NCBI GenBank assembly: GCA_013177935.1
Contig: JABLXZ010000002.1
Span: 384,181-448,180, forward strand
Origin: a candidate division WOR-3 bacterium
GTDB lineage: Bacteria > Hydrothermota > Tepidihabitantia > Tepidihabitantales > Tepidihabitantaceae
Direction of reading: 5' to 3'
Length of the DNA: 64,000 nucleotides
The first letter of the stretch is position 1; each line of letters begins with the position of its first letter. This document shows positions 1-10,740 of this stretch, piece after piece. The notes below the pieces were generated by a model that saw only the letters and a program-made list of their open reading frames with translations, did not search any database and had not been told where the DNA came from. Made by a program: the position numbers and the translations under genes.

Positions 1-201
1 TCCAGATAGATATGGGCTCCGGGGAGCGGTGAGTTTAAAGCATCGGTAACCTTACCTTCAACCGCTCCATGGAAAGCGCTGAGGGTTGATATCAAGAATG
101 CTGTTACGAGTATAACTTTCAAAAGGCACATATTTATTCCCCTTTTTCCCTTGCTGATATTTTGTCACACGGAAGCAAGTGTTATCCTCCGTGGTTAGTT
201 T

Positions 202-3200
202 TTACCGGTGAACAATGAGTTTGTCACGGCAGGATGCGGAGCGGGTTTGAAACTGGTCGCCACTCAGGATTTCGCCAGTTTGAGCGTCAATTTTATAGAG
301 GTAGATGCCGTTGGCAAGAGGGGTGCCGTCGCGGTCGCAGCCATCCCACTCAATCTGGTTGTAGCCGAAACCGCACTCCTGGGGCCCGATGATGCGCACC
401 AGGCGGCCCGAAATGGTGAAGATTTTTACCGTGACCCGAGCCGGGCGCGTAAGGGTGAAAGTAAAAATTGCCCGGTCTTTTACTGGATTGGGAAAGACAA
501 GGCAGGTGTCGATGCGGAGTTGTTCCCGCAGGTCAGTTTTGAGGTAGTAAGTTCCAATACGGCGGTTGAGGAGGTTGTCGGCGACCAGGATAATCAGAGA
601 GTCGAATGTTTGCTCCAGTGTCAAGGGGTAAGAAAACCTGCCGGTGGTGGCGGAGTTGTCGTCGTAGGTGAAGCGGTCGTTTAACTGAATTTGTTTAGCC
701 GGGTCGCTCAGGTACAGTTTTAGTCCATAAGCGGGGTCGGGTAAAAGCAGAACCCCGGACGGGTCAGTAACGGTGCCGTGCAGGGTAAACCTTTTTGGAA
801 CCCAGGTTGTGTCTTTAAGCCGGAGTAGGACATTGTCAGCCCGGAGGGTGATTTCAGGTGCTTGGCTGTCGGTTGTTGGCGCCGGGTTCGGGCTAAGGTA
901 CATCGGTGCGGAGAGTAAGGTTCTGGCGTCGGTTCCGTGCCAGAGGATTGCGGAGATTAAACAGGTTTCGCGTTTGCGGACATATCTGCCATTGCCGACA
1001 ACAATGGTATCCGGATAGTCGGTTTTAGGGACGATGAAGGTTCCTGAAAAGGTGCTGTTTTGGAAGCTGCCGGTGCCACGGAAGATTTCCTGTCCGGGAA
1101 GGATATAGGTGATGTTCGCGGCATCCGAGAAGTAGTACCGTTCTCGGGCGGCTTCGGTTGCTCTGATTTCATAATAACCCTGGTTTAACTCCGGCGTGAT
1201 TTCCCACTGAACCCAGCCACCAGGGTAAAAAGTATCCGGGGTTGCGGTCGGGCGGTTGCCAATCTGGGGGAGTCGCAGTTTTGTTGCCGGGTCCCCAAAG
1301 AGAATGTAGAGGTTACTCTGGAACCAGGCTTCATAGAATGCCGGGCCAATCGGCTCTTCAGGGTGGGCAAGGAGATGGGTAAAAAGTTTGTGGGCAAAGT
1401 TTTCGTTGGAGCCCGAGTAGGTCGCTTTTGAGGCGCCGATAGTGGCGATGCATCCTTCGGCACTGCGTACCAGTTCTTCGGCAATCGCCTCGTATTTGGT
1501 GTCGTCGAAGCGGCCCACGCCACAGGAGCCGAAGAAGGCAAGCGGGTTTCGGCTGCCATTGTTGACCAGCGGAACATCTTCGATATTGAACGCCCGTTCG
1601 TGACACAACTGGAAACCGGCGCCGTGCCCAAAGAAACACCAGAGAAGGGCGCCGAGGTCTAACTGGCGCAAAAGTTCGACTTCAGCCTTGGGCTTTGATT
1701 TGATTGCCTCCAGGGGGTATTCGGTTAAATATACCTTGACAATGTCGAGCTGGTTGCCGGCAAGCGGGGCGATGCGCTCGCAACCTTCGATGTGAATGGT
1801 ACTCTCCCTTTTTGTGGGGTCACCAAGGTACTCGTCATCACCGAGTAAAAGCAGCCGTTTTGCCCAGAGCCCGAGTTCCTGGGTCTCATATCTTTTTACT
1901 TTATCCAGAAACTGACGCAGTTCCTGAGGGGTGCGGCTGGTGACACGGGCGAGAATCATATCCGGACTGGAGCCGCTGCCATCAAAGTCAGCAAACCAGG
2001 CGTCAAGGGCTTTGACATAAGGGTTGTAGACTTCGTAGTCAAGGTCAAAACCGATTTCGTAAGCGGGCACACCGGGGTGTTTTCCCAGCCCGAGGTTGTC
2101 TTTGTAGTCGTAGGTGGCATCACCGGCAAGGAGTCCGTAGGCAGGCTGTTTTGTGGCGAGGAAGGTTTTAATCGCACCGGGCTCTTCCATACCGAAGGCA
2201 TAGTCGTCGTAGATTTGGCTCAACGGGACCGCCTTGGCGCTTGCGCCGGTGATACCTGAGATGTTGTTCTCGCGATAGCGAGCAAATTGCCGGGCAACGG
2301 GTAGAAACTCGTCCGGGCAGATGATGTAGTAGTCGGCTTTCTCCTCCGGATTGCGCAGGGTGCCGGGCTGGCGTTTTTTAAGCGAGACCGGTGTGCGCAG
2401 TCCGGCAGCGGGGCTGCCGAAGAAGTTTCCCGAGCCGTTCCACTGGAAACGGCCCTGGTTTTCCGCAAAGGTTAACGAAATGCGCTGGGGTTGGAACGGA
2501 TTTGTGACATCAAGGATAATAAAATCTTCACCGACACCGCTGATTGAGAAGGCGCCACCGCTGCGGGTGTAAAATTCGATGGCGGATTGATTGCGGGTAA
2601 TCGTCAGGTTTTGAGTGTAGTCCGCCTCGATGTAGTCAAGATAAACATCAGCCGCGCCCAGGAGCGTTACCGTGAGGGTGTCTTTCTTATTTTCGGGAGC
2701 GGCGGCAGCGAGCGGCAGATTTTCAAACACGAACACATTTGCCGGGCAGTTCTGGTTAGTGGCGGCAATTGCCACAGTGTCCAGTATCGTGCCGTTAAGA
2801 TACAGCACCGCATAATAGGTTTCTGAAGTTTTATCGGTCCAGGCGTAAAAACGGACGGTAAGTTTATTTATTGTGTCGCGATTGGGCAGATTGAGTTCGC
2901 GGTAGAAGGTTGCGCTCGGCGCACCGGCGTTGGAGTAGCGTTCCCAGACCCAAAGCAGTCCGGAGCGAGCCGGACAGAGTTTGTCTTCTTCAAGACGAAC
3001 CCGGTTCAGGGCACGGGTTTGCGGATTTGCCGGGTTTGCGGCCGGGACCTGAGCCATCCTTTTTCCATTGTCCGAACCCCAGGTGAGCCAGAACACCCGA
3101 TACCGGGTGTAGTAGTTTTGCTGCCATTCCGTCAAGGAGTCGTTCCAATAGGATGGCGCCCGGGCGTAGAACAGGATTTGGTCCTGGGGGTCAAATTTTC

Positions 3201-4050
3201 CATCTTCAGTACCCGAAACATCGATGGCAACCTCAATCATCGTGTCCGGATATGGTCCGTTCAGGGGATAGGGACCGATGGTGTAAAGCCGGAAGGTGCG
3301 CGGGTCGATTGTTACCGGGTCAAAACCGGCGTTCTTCAAATCGTTGGGGGTGATTTTGTAAATACCGGTCGTCTCGGTTTTCACCTGGCACCAGACCGGA
3401 AACCGGTTGAAGAAGTTGAAAGAGTCCTTTTCTGGTCCGGGTGTTTTCCAGTGGATTGCGGTTTTGCCGTTAAGGAGTAATCGGGTTAGCACCGAATCGA
3501 AGGGGTCGGGCTTGAGATTTTGCCGGGCAGGACGGCTGAAGTTGAGGACACAGTTTACCTGATGGTGAATCAACGCCCTTTTTTGGACCGGATTGTATTG
3601 GACTGGATTCAGTTTGATGCGGGCGACCCTGATGTTGCGGACTGTTTCAATACTCAGCAGTTCTGCTGGGGCTTTGGGCCAGAACTCATCTTTTTCATAC
3701 ATTCCGCCCGGTGCAACCGGTTGTTCGCTCAGTGCTGGTGCCGGGCGAATTTCAACTCCGGTCTGTTTCTCGGTTCTGGCTGTCGAGTATTGAAGCCGGA
3801 CTTCACCTTCCTGAGGCACGCCCACTAAAACGATTTTGCCCGGCAGGTCAGGTTCACCAGGTAGAGCGATGCGGTCGGCATCGGGTAAATCTATTCCGGT
3901 TCTTCCGGTGGTGATGTCAAGGGAGTCGATACAAAACTCAAACTGGACCTGGGTTGGGGTTTCAGAGATTAAGCGGGTTGAACTGGCACCGAAGGTTAAA
4001 AGCGGGAACAGGGATAAAAAAATGATAAGGGCGGGTGCCGATTTTTTCAT
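202..4050 (-). CDS. Large secreted peptidase C25 (gingipain-like) family protein with T9SS C-terminal sorting domain
   Basis: N-terminal signal peptide MKKSAPALIIFLSLFPLLTFGASS; FGHGAG ... 33 aa ... FFGSCGVGRF reproduces the His/Cys dyad spacing of gingipain catalytic domain; C-terminal ~80 aa beta-sandwich tail (KIFTISGRLV...GIYLYKIDAQ) typical of Por/T9SS cargo. Confidence 0.6.
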   Translation of the reverse strand: MKKSAPALIIFLSLFPLLTFGASSTRLISETPTQVQFEFCIDSLDITTGRTGIDLPDADRIALPGEPDLPGKIVLVGVPQEGEVRLQYSTARTEKQTGVEIRPAPALSEQPVAPGGMYEKDEFWPKAPAELLSIETVRNIRVARIKLNPVQYNPVQKRALIHHQVNCVLNFSRPARQNLKPDPFDSVLTRLLLNGKTAIHWKTPGPEKDSFNFFNRFPVWCQVKTETTGIYKITPNDLKNAGFDPVTIDPRTFRLYTIGPYPLNGPYPDTMIEVAIDVSGTEDGKFDPQDQILFYARAPSYWNDSLTEWQQNYYTRYRVFWLTWGSDNGKRMAQVPAANPANPQTRALNRVRLEEDKLCPARSGLLWVWERYSNAGAPSATFYRELNLPNRDTINKLTVRFYAWTDKTSETYYAVLYLNGTILDTVAIAATNQNCPANVFVFENLPLAAAAPENKKDTLTVTLLGAADVYLDYIEADYTQNLTITRNQSAIEFYTRSGGAFSISGVGEDFIILDVTNPFQPQRISLTFAENQGRFQWNGSGNFFGSPAAGLRTPVSLKKRQPGTLRNPEEKADYYIICPDEFLPVARQFARYRENNISGITGASAKAVPLSQIYDDYAFGMEEPGAIKTFLATKQPAYGLLAGDATYDYKDNLGLGKHPGVPAYEIGFDLDYEVYNPYVKALDAWFADFDGSGSSPDMILARVTSRTPQELRQFLDKVKRYETQELGLWAKRLLLLGDDEYLGDPTKRESTIHIEGCERIAPLAGNQLDIVKVYLTEYPLEAIKSKPKAEVELLRQLDLGALLWCFFGHGAGFQLCHERAFNIEDVPLVNNGSRNPLAFFGSCGVGRFDDTKYEAIAEELVRSAEGCIATIGASKATYSGSNENFAHKLFTHLLAHPEEPIGPAFYEAWFQSNLYILFGDPATKLRLPQIGNRPTATPDTFYPGGWVQWEITPELNQGYYEIRATEAARERYYFSDAANITYILPGQEIFRGTGSFQNSTFSGTFIVPKTDYPDTIVVGNGRYVRKRETCLISAILWHGTDARTLLSAPMYLSPNPAPTTDSQAPEITLRADNVLLRLKDTTWVPKRFTLHGTVTDPSGVLLLPDPAYGLKLYLSDPAKQIQLNDRFTYDDNSATTGRFSYPLTLEQTFDSLIILVADNLLNRRIGTYYLKTDLREQLRIDTCLVFPNPVKDRAIFTFTLTRPARVTVKIFTISGRLVRIIGPQECGFGYNQIEWDGCDRDGTPLANGIYLYKIDAQTGEILSGDQFQTRSASCRDKLIVHR

Positions 4051-4083
4051 AACTAAAAAATTTTAATAGTTAAATGTTAGTGG

Positions 4084-5238
4084 TCAAGGTAAAATCAGTC
4101 CTAAAATCGCGCCGGCGAGAAGGAGCCAGATTGGCTCAACCCGGAAACGCAACAGCAAAATCAGGGTGATAACGGCAATGAGCGCCGGAACCAGTCCGGT
4201 TAAGGTGGTTTTGGCAATAAAAACGGTTGACACCAGAAGCATACCGCAGACCGCTGGCATAACCCCGCTGAGAAACGCCTGTGCCCAGGTGTTTCCTCTT
4301 ATCCGGTTGTAGGCGTGAATCAAGCCGAGAAGCATCAGGGCAGAGGGTAGAAATGTTCCAATGGTCGCGATGAGGGCACCGGGCAAGCCGAGCACTTTGA
4401 ACCCGATGAAGGTTGCCATAATTGCGACCGGTCCTGGGGTCATCTGACCGAGCGCGACCGCATCGACGAACTCCTGCATTGTAAGCCAGCCCCGTAACTG
4501 GACCACTTCATGCTGTAAAAATGGGATGGCGGCAAACCCACCGCCAAAGATGACGGTTCCCATTTTGAAGAAGACCAGCGCCAGTTCGCCCGCTTTCTGA
4601 ATTGACGGTCCTAAAGAACTGGCGGTAGTGATAAGAAAGGGAACTGGTGTCAGGGTCATAATTGGAGGGGTTTTCTTGGGCTTAATGCCAGACAGGACGA
4701 TTCCCAGTACCCCACAACCGAGAACAACGAGCAGGACATCACCTTTGAAAAAGAGCGCAATTGCGGCGATTGTGCCAATTATTACTCCCTTTAAACTCTT
4801 GATATTTGACCTGCCAATAGACCAGGTTGCCCAGGCAAGGATGCCGGCAACCACCGGTTGGATACCGGCAAAGATTTTTGCAATCAAAGGCAGCGTACCA
4901 AAGCGGAAATAGAGGATGCCAAGGGCACACATCAGAATAAAGCCGGGTAAAAGCAGGGCGACCGCAGCACAAACCATCCCTTTTATGCCGGCAAGGCGAT
5001 AGCCAATATATTCGGCGTAATTAGAGACGAAAGGACCGGGTAACATCTGACCCATCGCCACCGCGGTTGCGAGTTCCTCATCGCCAATCCACTTTTTCTT
5101 TTCAACAACCTCCTGGCGGATGATTGCCAGCATTCCAGGTCCGCCGCCAAAGCCGATTAAGCCGACTTTAAAGAAGGTCAAGCCAATTTGTTTTAATGAG
5201 ACCGGTTTGGTGTTATCGGTGTCTTGTGAACTGCTCAC
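4084..5238 (-). CDS. chrA: Chromate transporter, CHR family (two fused ChrA halves)
   Basis: Duplicated CHR motifs FGGGPGMLAIIRQEV and FGGGFAAIPFLQHEV, polytopic hydrophobic protein. Confidence 0.75.
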   Translation of the reverse strand: MSSSQDTDNTKPVSLKQIGLTFFKVGLIGFGGGPGMLAIIRQEVVEKKKWIGDEELATAVAMGQMLPGPFVSNYAEYIGYRLAGIKGMVCAAVALLLPGFILMCALGILYFRFGTLPLIAKIFAGIQPVVAGILAWATWSIGRSNIKSLKGVIIGTIAAIALFFKGDVLLVVLGCGVLGIVLSGIKPKKTPPIMTLTPVPFLITTASSLGPSIQKAGELALVFFKMGTVIFGGGFAAIPFLQHEVVQLRGWLTMQEFVDAVALGQMTPGPVAIMATFIGFKVLGLPGALIATIGTFLPSALMLLGLIHAYNRIRGNTWAQAFLSGVMPAVCGMLLVSTVFIAKTTLTGLVPALIAVITLILLLRFRVEPIWLLLAGAILGLILP

Positions 5239-5285
5239 CTGCCAATTTTAGATTGCAGGCAGTAAAACTCAAGAAATGTTGCGGG

Positions 5286-5915
5286 TTACCTTCTGGGTTT
5301 ATATCCCAGTCCGACACCAAGCGAGGCGGCAGGGAGACGCATCGGCCTCCCCCACATCTCACCCGATGTGAGGTTGGCACCGATGTGCAGCAAAAGGTTG
5401 CGCTTCAGGGGTAAGGTGCCGGTTAAACCAAGCGCGATGCCGCGCAGGCCGATGCCGGCGGTGCCGGTAAAATAGGGGTTGAAGTCATAAATATACCAGA
5501 TGTCCAGAAGTCCCGGAAAACCCAGGGTAGTTTGAAGCGCTCCCTTTTTGCCGGTGCGGAACTTGGCGCCGATTTGAAAGTCGTAAATAAGTGGTGAAAA
5601 GTATGGACCCTCATGACTGTGTGTCAACCATATACCGTTACCAACAATACCCTGCAAAACCAGCCCTGCCTTTTCTGAAAATCCGTAGTTCAGGCGCAAG
5701 GTTCCTGCTATGTCTAAGTAGTAATCACTATAGCCGAAACCTATCGGATAAGGTGGTACTGGTGAAAATCCAGAGGTGGCGTATCCGGTGTTCAGGCTTA
5801 TTCCGCCGGTGATTTTAGGTCCGGGCACTATTTCTGCCCGGTCAAAAAACGGGATTGAACACCCCGCCAAAGCCAACAGGACAAGTATCACGAATCGGCA
5901 GCCATTTTTGAACAT
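5286..5915 (-). CDS. Hypothetical lipoprotein / outer-membrane beta-barrel-like protein
   Basis: Lipoprotein signal LLALAGCS, Gly/Tyr-rich alternating pattern, GGAGG SD 5 nt upstream. Confidence 0.45.
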   Translation of the reverse strand: MFKNGCRFVILVLLALAGCSIPFFDRAEIVPGPKITGGISLNTGYATSGFSPVPPYPIGFGYSDYYLDIAGTLRLNYGFSEKAGLVLQGIVGNGIWLTHSHEGPYFSPLIYDFQIGAKFRTGKKGALQTTLGFPGLLDIWYIYDFNPYFTGTAGIGLRGIALGLTGTLPLKRNLLLHIGANLTSGEMWGRPMRLPAASLGVGLGYKPRR

Positions 5916-5946
5916 CCAACCTCCTCAGTGCGGTTTTTACTACCGC

Positions 5947-6594
5947 CTATTTGATAGTTGCCGAAATTAGTTCGCCGTGATAGATAAATGTGTAACCGGC
6001 AAAAGTTTGTTCAAAATGGTACTGGACATTACCCACTCTGTCGGCATACCATTCGTACATTCGTAAGGTGTCGGCACCGGAGATGGAACGGGTTTCAATC
6101 TTCCAGGCATTGCGGTAAGTGCCAGCGGCTACGGTGATGTCTTCCTTCTTCAACACTTCAGCGGTCATATCTTGATTTACCCGCCACTGTTTTCCCGCGG
6201 CAAGCGGTAGTGCCAAAATGGTATCGGGTTCAGTGTCGTCTTTGCTGTCATAGCTCAAAACAAATTTGTCGGTTTCTCTTACATAACAGGTTTCATCAAT
6301 CGTATAGGTGCTTTCGCGCGGATAACGGATGTGAACGGTGCCAACTTTTATCAGTTCAACAACATCTTCCCCTGAACTCAGTTTGTCGTTCTTTGTTGCC
6401 CGGGTATTGATGGTTAAGGTTTGCACCGTGTCCGGTGTGCCGACGGTGCTGGTTGTCATTAAGGTCCAGGCATACCAGTTCCAGGTGCTGCCAATGGAAA
6501 GCGGGTAATAGTCCGGTTTGCTGCCGAAGATGTCGCAGGAGACGAATAAGGCGAGGGTGCCGAACAGGGTCAGGATAATTAGCGCTTTACGCAT
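5947..6594 (-). CDS. Hypothetical lipoprotein
   Basis: Start refined to MRKALIILTLFGTLALFVSC (lipobox) with GGAGG SD; ORF-track start at 6642 probably too long. Confidence 0.45.
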   Translation of the reverse strand: MRKALIILTLFGTLALFVSCDIFGSKPDYYPLSIGSTWNWYAWTLMTTSTVGTPDTVQTLTINTRATKNDKLSSGEDVVELIKVGTVHIRYPRESTYTIDETCYVRETDKFVLSYDSKDDTEPDTILALPLAAGKQWRVNQDMTAEVLKKEDITVAAGTYRNAWKIETRSISGADTLRMYEWYADRVGNVQYHFEQTFAGYTFIYHGELISATIK

Positions 6595-6693
6595 AAGCCT
6601 CCTTTCTGATAAAAGGGTAGAGTCCAAACTCGTTTCTGTCAATCCGGGCGTATTTTGTTGCCCAGAAGAAGTTTTCCGGTATATTTTCCGATA

Positions 6694-7668
6694 ATGAAGG
6701 TTTTAGTTACCGGTGGTGCGGGCTATATTGGCAGCGTTACCAGTTTACTTTTAGCCGAATCCGGTTGTGATGTTGTGGTGTTTGACAACCTGAAAGGCGG
6801 GCATCGTTCCGCAGTTTTGCCGCCAGTGCGGCTGGTTCCGGGTGACCTTGCTGATGCCGATTTGATTGACCGGATAATTAAAGCGGAAAAACCGGACTGT
6901 GTGATGCACTTTGCGGCTTTGATTGCGGTTGGTGAGTCGGTGGAAAAGCCCGATTTGTACTTTTACAACAATGTGGGTTGCGGGCTCAATCTGTTGAATG
7001 CGGTAGGCAGAAACCGGGTGCCGCGATTTATTTTCTCCTCAACCGCGGCGGTTTACGGCACACCGCACGATGTGCCTGTGACAGAAGCCGCGCCCTTGCA
7101 ACCGGAAAATCCGTACGGTGAGACCAAGAGGTTTTTTGAAGAGTTGTTAAAGGTGTATGCCCGCATCTACCGGTTTTCCTATTGCATCCTGCGTTACTTC
7201 AATGTTGCCGGTGCGTATAAAGGGCTGGGTGAAGACCATAGGCCCGAAACCCATCTGATTCCGCGGATTTTGCGCTCGGTTCTGCATCCAGGCGAGACCT
7301 TTGAGATTTACGGTGCGGACTATCCGACCCGGGACGGCACCTGTGTGCGGGACTACATCCACATCTATGACCTGGCACGGGCGCATCTTTTCGCCTTGAG
7401 GGCGCTAAAAGAGGAAAACCTTTTGTTCAACCTTGGGTCGGAAAACGGTTATACCGTCAAAGAGGTTTTTGCCACCTGTGAAAAGGTGGTGGGTGAGAAA
7501 ATTAACTATCGGATTGCGCCCCGCCGGCACGGCGATGTGCCGGTACTGATTGCCTCTTCGGCAAAGATTAAAAGAGAACTGGGCTGGAAGCCGGAGAAAA
7601 CGCTCGAAGATATGGTGCGTGATGCCTGGGAGTGGCACAAAACACACCCCCGGGGTTATTTAGATTGA
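6694..7668 (+). CDS. galE: UDP-glucose 4-epimerase (NAD-dependent epimerase/dehydratase)
   Basis: MKVLVTGGAGYIGS Rossmann motif at refined start, catalytic YxxxK (YGETK), GalE-like length. Confidence 0.8.
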   Translation: MKVLVTGGAGYIGSVTSLLLAESGCDVVVFDNLKGGHRSAVLPPVRLVPGDLADADLIDRIIKAEKPDCVMHFAALIAVGESVEKPDLYFYNNVGCGLNLLNAVGRNRVPRFIFSSTAAVYGTPHDVPVTEAAPLQPENPYGETKRFFEELLKVYARIYRFSYCILRYFNVAGAYKGLGEDHRPETHLIPRILRSVLHPGETFEIYGADYPTRDGTCVRDYIHIYDLARAHLFALRALKEENLLFNLGSENGYTVKEVFATCEKVVGEKINYRIAPRRHGDVPVLIASSAKIKRELGWKPEKTLEDMVRDAWEWHKTHPRGYLD

Positions 7669-7701
7669 CAAGATAGGTAGAGGTTGTTTAAATAATTTAA
7701 T

Positions 7702-8691
7702 ATGAAAAAGGTTGGTATTGCAGGAGCAACCGGTCTCGTTGGCGAAACGCTAATCAGCCTTCTGGAATCAGGACCATATAAAATTGATGAATTAAGGCTT
7801 TTCGCCTCGGAGAAGAGTGCCGGGAGAAAGGTGCAGTTTCGGGATAAGGAAATTGAGGTTAAGACCCTAACGGTTGACGGGTTCAAAGGGCTGGACATCG
7901 CCTTTTTCTGTGTTGAGAACGAACTGGCGCGGCAGTTTGTGCCCGAGGTGGCGAAGTTCTGTCCGGTGATTGACAAGTCAAGCGAGTTCCGGCTGAAAGA
8001 GGATGTGCCGCTTGTGGTGCCCGAGGTTAATCCCGACGCAGTTAAAGAGCACAAAAACATCATCGGCAATCCTAACTGCACAACGATTCCGCTCGTGGTT
8101 GCGGTCAATCCCCTGCACCAGGAGTTCGGGTTAAAAGAGATTTTTCTTGCTACCTATCAGTCGGTATCGGGTGCGGGTCGGGCAGCGGTCGAGCAACTTT
8201 ATTACGAGAGCGAGTTTTTCTGTGTCCAGCGCCAGCCCGACACCGAAGGAAGCCCGTTTCCGGTGCAGATTGTGGACAATGTGATTCCCTGGATTGGCGG
8301 CGGTGATAGGTCTGGTATGAGCGGTGAGGAGCAAAAGACGGTTCTCGAAACGCGGAAAATCCTCGGGCTTGCGGATTTGAAAATCAACTCAACCTGTGTC
8401 CGGGTGCCGATTACGGTCGGGCACAGCCTTGCGGTTACCTGCCGGTTTGAGAATAAGGTAAACCGGGAAAGGGCGCTGGAACTGCTTAAGAAGGCGCCCG
8501 GTGTCGTGTTAAAAGAGGGTATAGAACCGCTTACACCGCTTCACTGTCGCGGTAAAAACGAGGTGTTTGTCAGTCGGGTGCGGCAGGGCGCAAACGAGAA
8601 TGACTTAAACCTCTGGATTGTTGCCGACAACCTGTACAAGGGTGCGGCGACCAATGCCCTGCAGATTGCCGAACTTTTGTTTAAATCTTAA
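7702..8691 (+). CDS. asd: Aspartate-semialdehyde dehydrogenase
   Basis: N-terminal GIAGATGLVGE NAD(P)-binding motif, active-site GNPNCTTI cysteine motif. Confidence 0.8.
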   Translation: MKKVGIAGATGLVGETLISLLESGPYKIDELRLFASEKSAGRKVQFRDKEIEVKTLTVDGFKGLDIAFFCVENELARQFVPEVAKFCPVIDKSSEFRLKEDVPLVVPEVNPDAVKEHKNIIGNPNCTTIPLVVAVNPLHQEFGLKEIFLATYQSVSGAGRAAVEQLYYESEFFCVQRQPDTEGSPFPVQIVDNVIPWIGGGDRSGMSGEEQKTVLETRKILGLADLKINSTCVRVPITVGHSLAVTCRFENKVNRERALELLKKAPGVVLKEGIEPLTPLHCRGKNEVFVSRVRQGANENDLNLWIVADNLYKGAATNALQIAELLFKS

Positions 8692-8701
8692 AAGGGGGCA
8701 G

Positions 8702-10687
8702 ATGAAAAGTTTTCTTTTCTGTTTTCTAACTATTTTGCTCGTGCCGGGCGCAATTTTTGCCCAAGCCGAGTTTGACCAATTTATACCCGAGCACGGCTGG
8801 CGAAACCAGTTTCCACCTGGTACAACTTTTGCCGAGTCGCTGCACACTTACGATGTCCGGCATTACCGGCTTGACTTTGACCTGCCGATGAGTGATGCCA
8901 GTTACCGTTGTTTTGAACGGGTGACAATAAAAAGCAATGTTTCGTCCCTTGACACTTTCAGTCTGGACTTTGCCGGGTTGGTTTGCGATTCGGTGAAAAG
9001 GGGTCCGGTGGCGTTAACTTTTTCCACCCCGCCGGAACGGCTTTTAATTCAACTTGATAGCCCCTTGGCGCTCGGTGAGTCCACGGCGATTGACATTTTT
9101 TTCCATCGGGAAGCGAGCGCACCACAGCGGGGTTTTTTCTTTGCGCGGCCGCCCACGGTGCTTTATGCCCATGCGATGACCTGTGGCTGTCCTCGTGACA
9201 ACCATTACTGGTTTGCCTGCTGGGACTGGCCCAGCGATAAGGCGGAGCGGGGTTGTGAAATCAATATCACGGTGCCGGACACCTTTCAGGCATGTGCCAA
9301 CGGGCTGCTTGATTCAATAACCAGTGCCCCGGGTGGGAAAAAGACCTACTGGTGGCGTCACACCTATCCCATCGCTACATATCTGATGACCTTTTCCGCT
9401 TCAAGGTTCGCCTTTTGGGATACGGTGGTTGTCTGTCCGAATGGTGACACCGTTCCTTTAATGTACTTTATGTGGCCCCGGGATTCGGCGGCAACCCGCA
9501 CCGGTTATCGGCTGGTGCCGGATATGATGCTCTATTTCAGCGATACCAGTCGGTTTGGTCCTTATCCGTTTGAGCGGTATGGCATGGTGCCGGGGTATTA
9601 TGGGTTTCCCTGGGGTGGAATGGAGCATCAGACCCAGGTGATGATTCACACCAGTTATATTGGTGGTGGTGAGGCGACCATCTGTCATGAACTTGCCCAT
9701 ATGTGGTGGGGCGATATGGTTACCCATATCGGTTATGCTGATGTCTGGCTCAATGAAGGGTTTGCCTCCTGGGCAGAGTGTTTATATATGGGGCACCTGA
9801 ACGGAAGGAATTACTTCCAGAATTACATTGCGGTTAAGGCGCGGCAGTACTTCACCCAGCACCGCAGCCGGGACTTTCCGATTTACAATCCGCCCTGGAG
9901 TGAAATCTACAACTACGGGATTGTTTACTGTAAGGGCTCCTGGATATTGCGGATGCTGCAGTTTCTTACCGGTGATACCACCTGGCAAACGCCCGGGATA
10001 CTGTTTCGGGCGCTGCGGGTTTATGCTGACTCATTTAAGTACGGCACGGTGTCAACCGCCGATTTCCAGCGGATTGTGGAACAGGTTACCGGCATTGACT
10101 TCGACACCTTTTTCAACGAGTGGGTTTATGACCGGGGCTATCCGAAATTTCATTTATACTGGACAAAAAGGGCGCAGGCAGACTCGTATCAGGTGGTGAT
10201 TAACCTTTATCAGCGCAATGACACCAACTCGGCACCGCTGTTCCACATTCCGCTGCCCATCAGGTTTAACTGCGTCGGGGAAAGCGTGCTGGCGACACTG
10301 GATGTTCAGGACACACTGGTCGTTGACACATTTGTGCTGGCACAGGAGCCATTGAGCATCACCCCGGACCCGGACAACTGGATTTTAGACAGTTGCTATG
10401 TGACGCCGGTTGGATTAGAGGAAGAGGCAGGGGTTGCAGTTCGGCTCCAGGGTGTCCAGCCCAATCCGGCACGAGCCCGGGTACGGTTTATTTTGAACCG
10501 GGCAGGCACGACACCCATTGAGATTTACGACCACACAGGCCGTTTGGTGGTGAAGGTTCAACCGGGCAGAGAAACAGTGGAATGGAACGGTGTTGACCAA
10601 AAGGGGAATCAGGTACCCGCCGGGGTTTACTTTGCCCGTTTGGGCAGAGAAGAGGTACTACCGGTGCGGTTTGTTCTTTTAAGATAA
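8702..10687 (+). CDS. M1-family zinc aminopeptidase with T9SS C-terminal sorting domain
   Basis: HELAHMWWGD ... WLNEGFASWAE (HExxH+E gluzincin M1 signature); signal peptide MKSFLFCFLTILLVPGAIFA at refined start; T9SS-type tail. Confidence 0.7.
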   Translation: MKSFLFCFLTILLVPGAIFAQAEFDQFIPEHGWRNQFPPGTTFAESLHTYDVRHYRLDFDLPMSDASYRCFERVTIKSNVSSLDTFSLDFAGLVCDSVKRGPVALTFSTPPERLLIQLDSPLALGESTAIDIFFHREASAPQRGFFFARPPTVLYAHAMTCGCPRDNHYWFACWDWPSDKAERGCEINITVPDTFQACANGLLDSITSAPGGKKTYWWRHTYPIATYLMTFSASRFAFWDTVVVCPNGDTVPLMYFMWPRDSAATRTGYRLVPDMMLYFSDTSRFGPYPFERYGMVPGYYGFPWGGMEHQTQVMIHTSYIGGGEATICHELAHMWWGDMVTHIGYADVWLNEGFASWAECLYMGHLNGRNYFQNYIAVKARQYFTQHRSRDFPIYNPPWSEIYNYGIVYCKGSWILRMLQFLTGDTTWQTPGILFRALRVYADSFKYGTVSTADFQRIVEQVTGIDFDTFFNEWVYDRGYPKFHLYWTKRAQADSYQVVINLYQRNDTNSAPLFHIPLPIRFNCVGESVLATLDVQDTLVVDTFVLAQEPLSITPDPDNWILDSCYVTPVGLEEEAGVAVRLQGVQPNPARARVRFILNRAGTTPIEIYDHTGRLVVKVQPGRETVEWNGVDQKGNQVPAGVYFARLGREEVLPVRFVLLR

Positions 10688-10700
10688 AGGGAGAAAAAAC

Positions 10701-10731
10701 AAAAGGGGCGGCAGAACGCCGCCCCTTTTTT
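10701..10731. terminator. Bidirectional rho-independent terminator between convergent genes
   Basis: AAAAGGGGCGGCagaacGCCGCCCCTTTTTT hairpin with flanking A and T runs. Confidence 0.7.
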
Positions 10732-10740
10732 CGTCTCGGT

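Noticed and set aside
208-4066. Many 60-160-aa ORFs in the track overlapping the 1282-aa C25-like gene on either strand (e.g. 208..684, 1185..1631, 3019..3480)
   Set aside because: Fully embedded in a long ORF that has a coherent domain structure. They are Arg/Pro/Ala-rich antisense artefacts typical of GC-rich DNA and have no SD.
6655-6693. ORF-track start of galE at 6655 (MLPRRSFPVYFPI...)
   Set aside because: The canonical Rossmann N-terminus MKVLVTGGAGYIGS begins at 6694. The upstream extension is not GalE-like.
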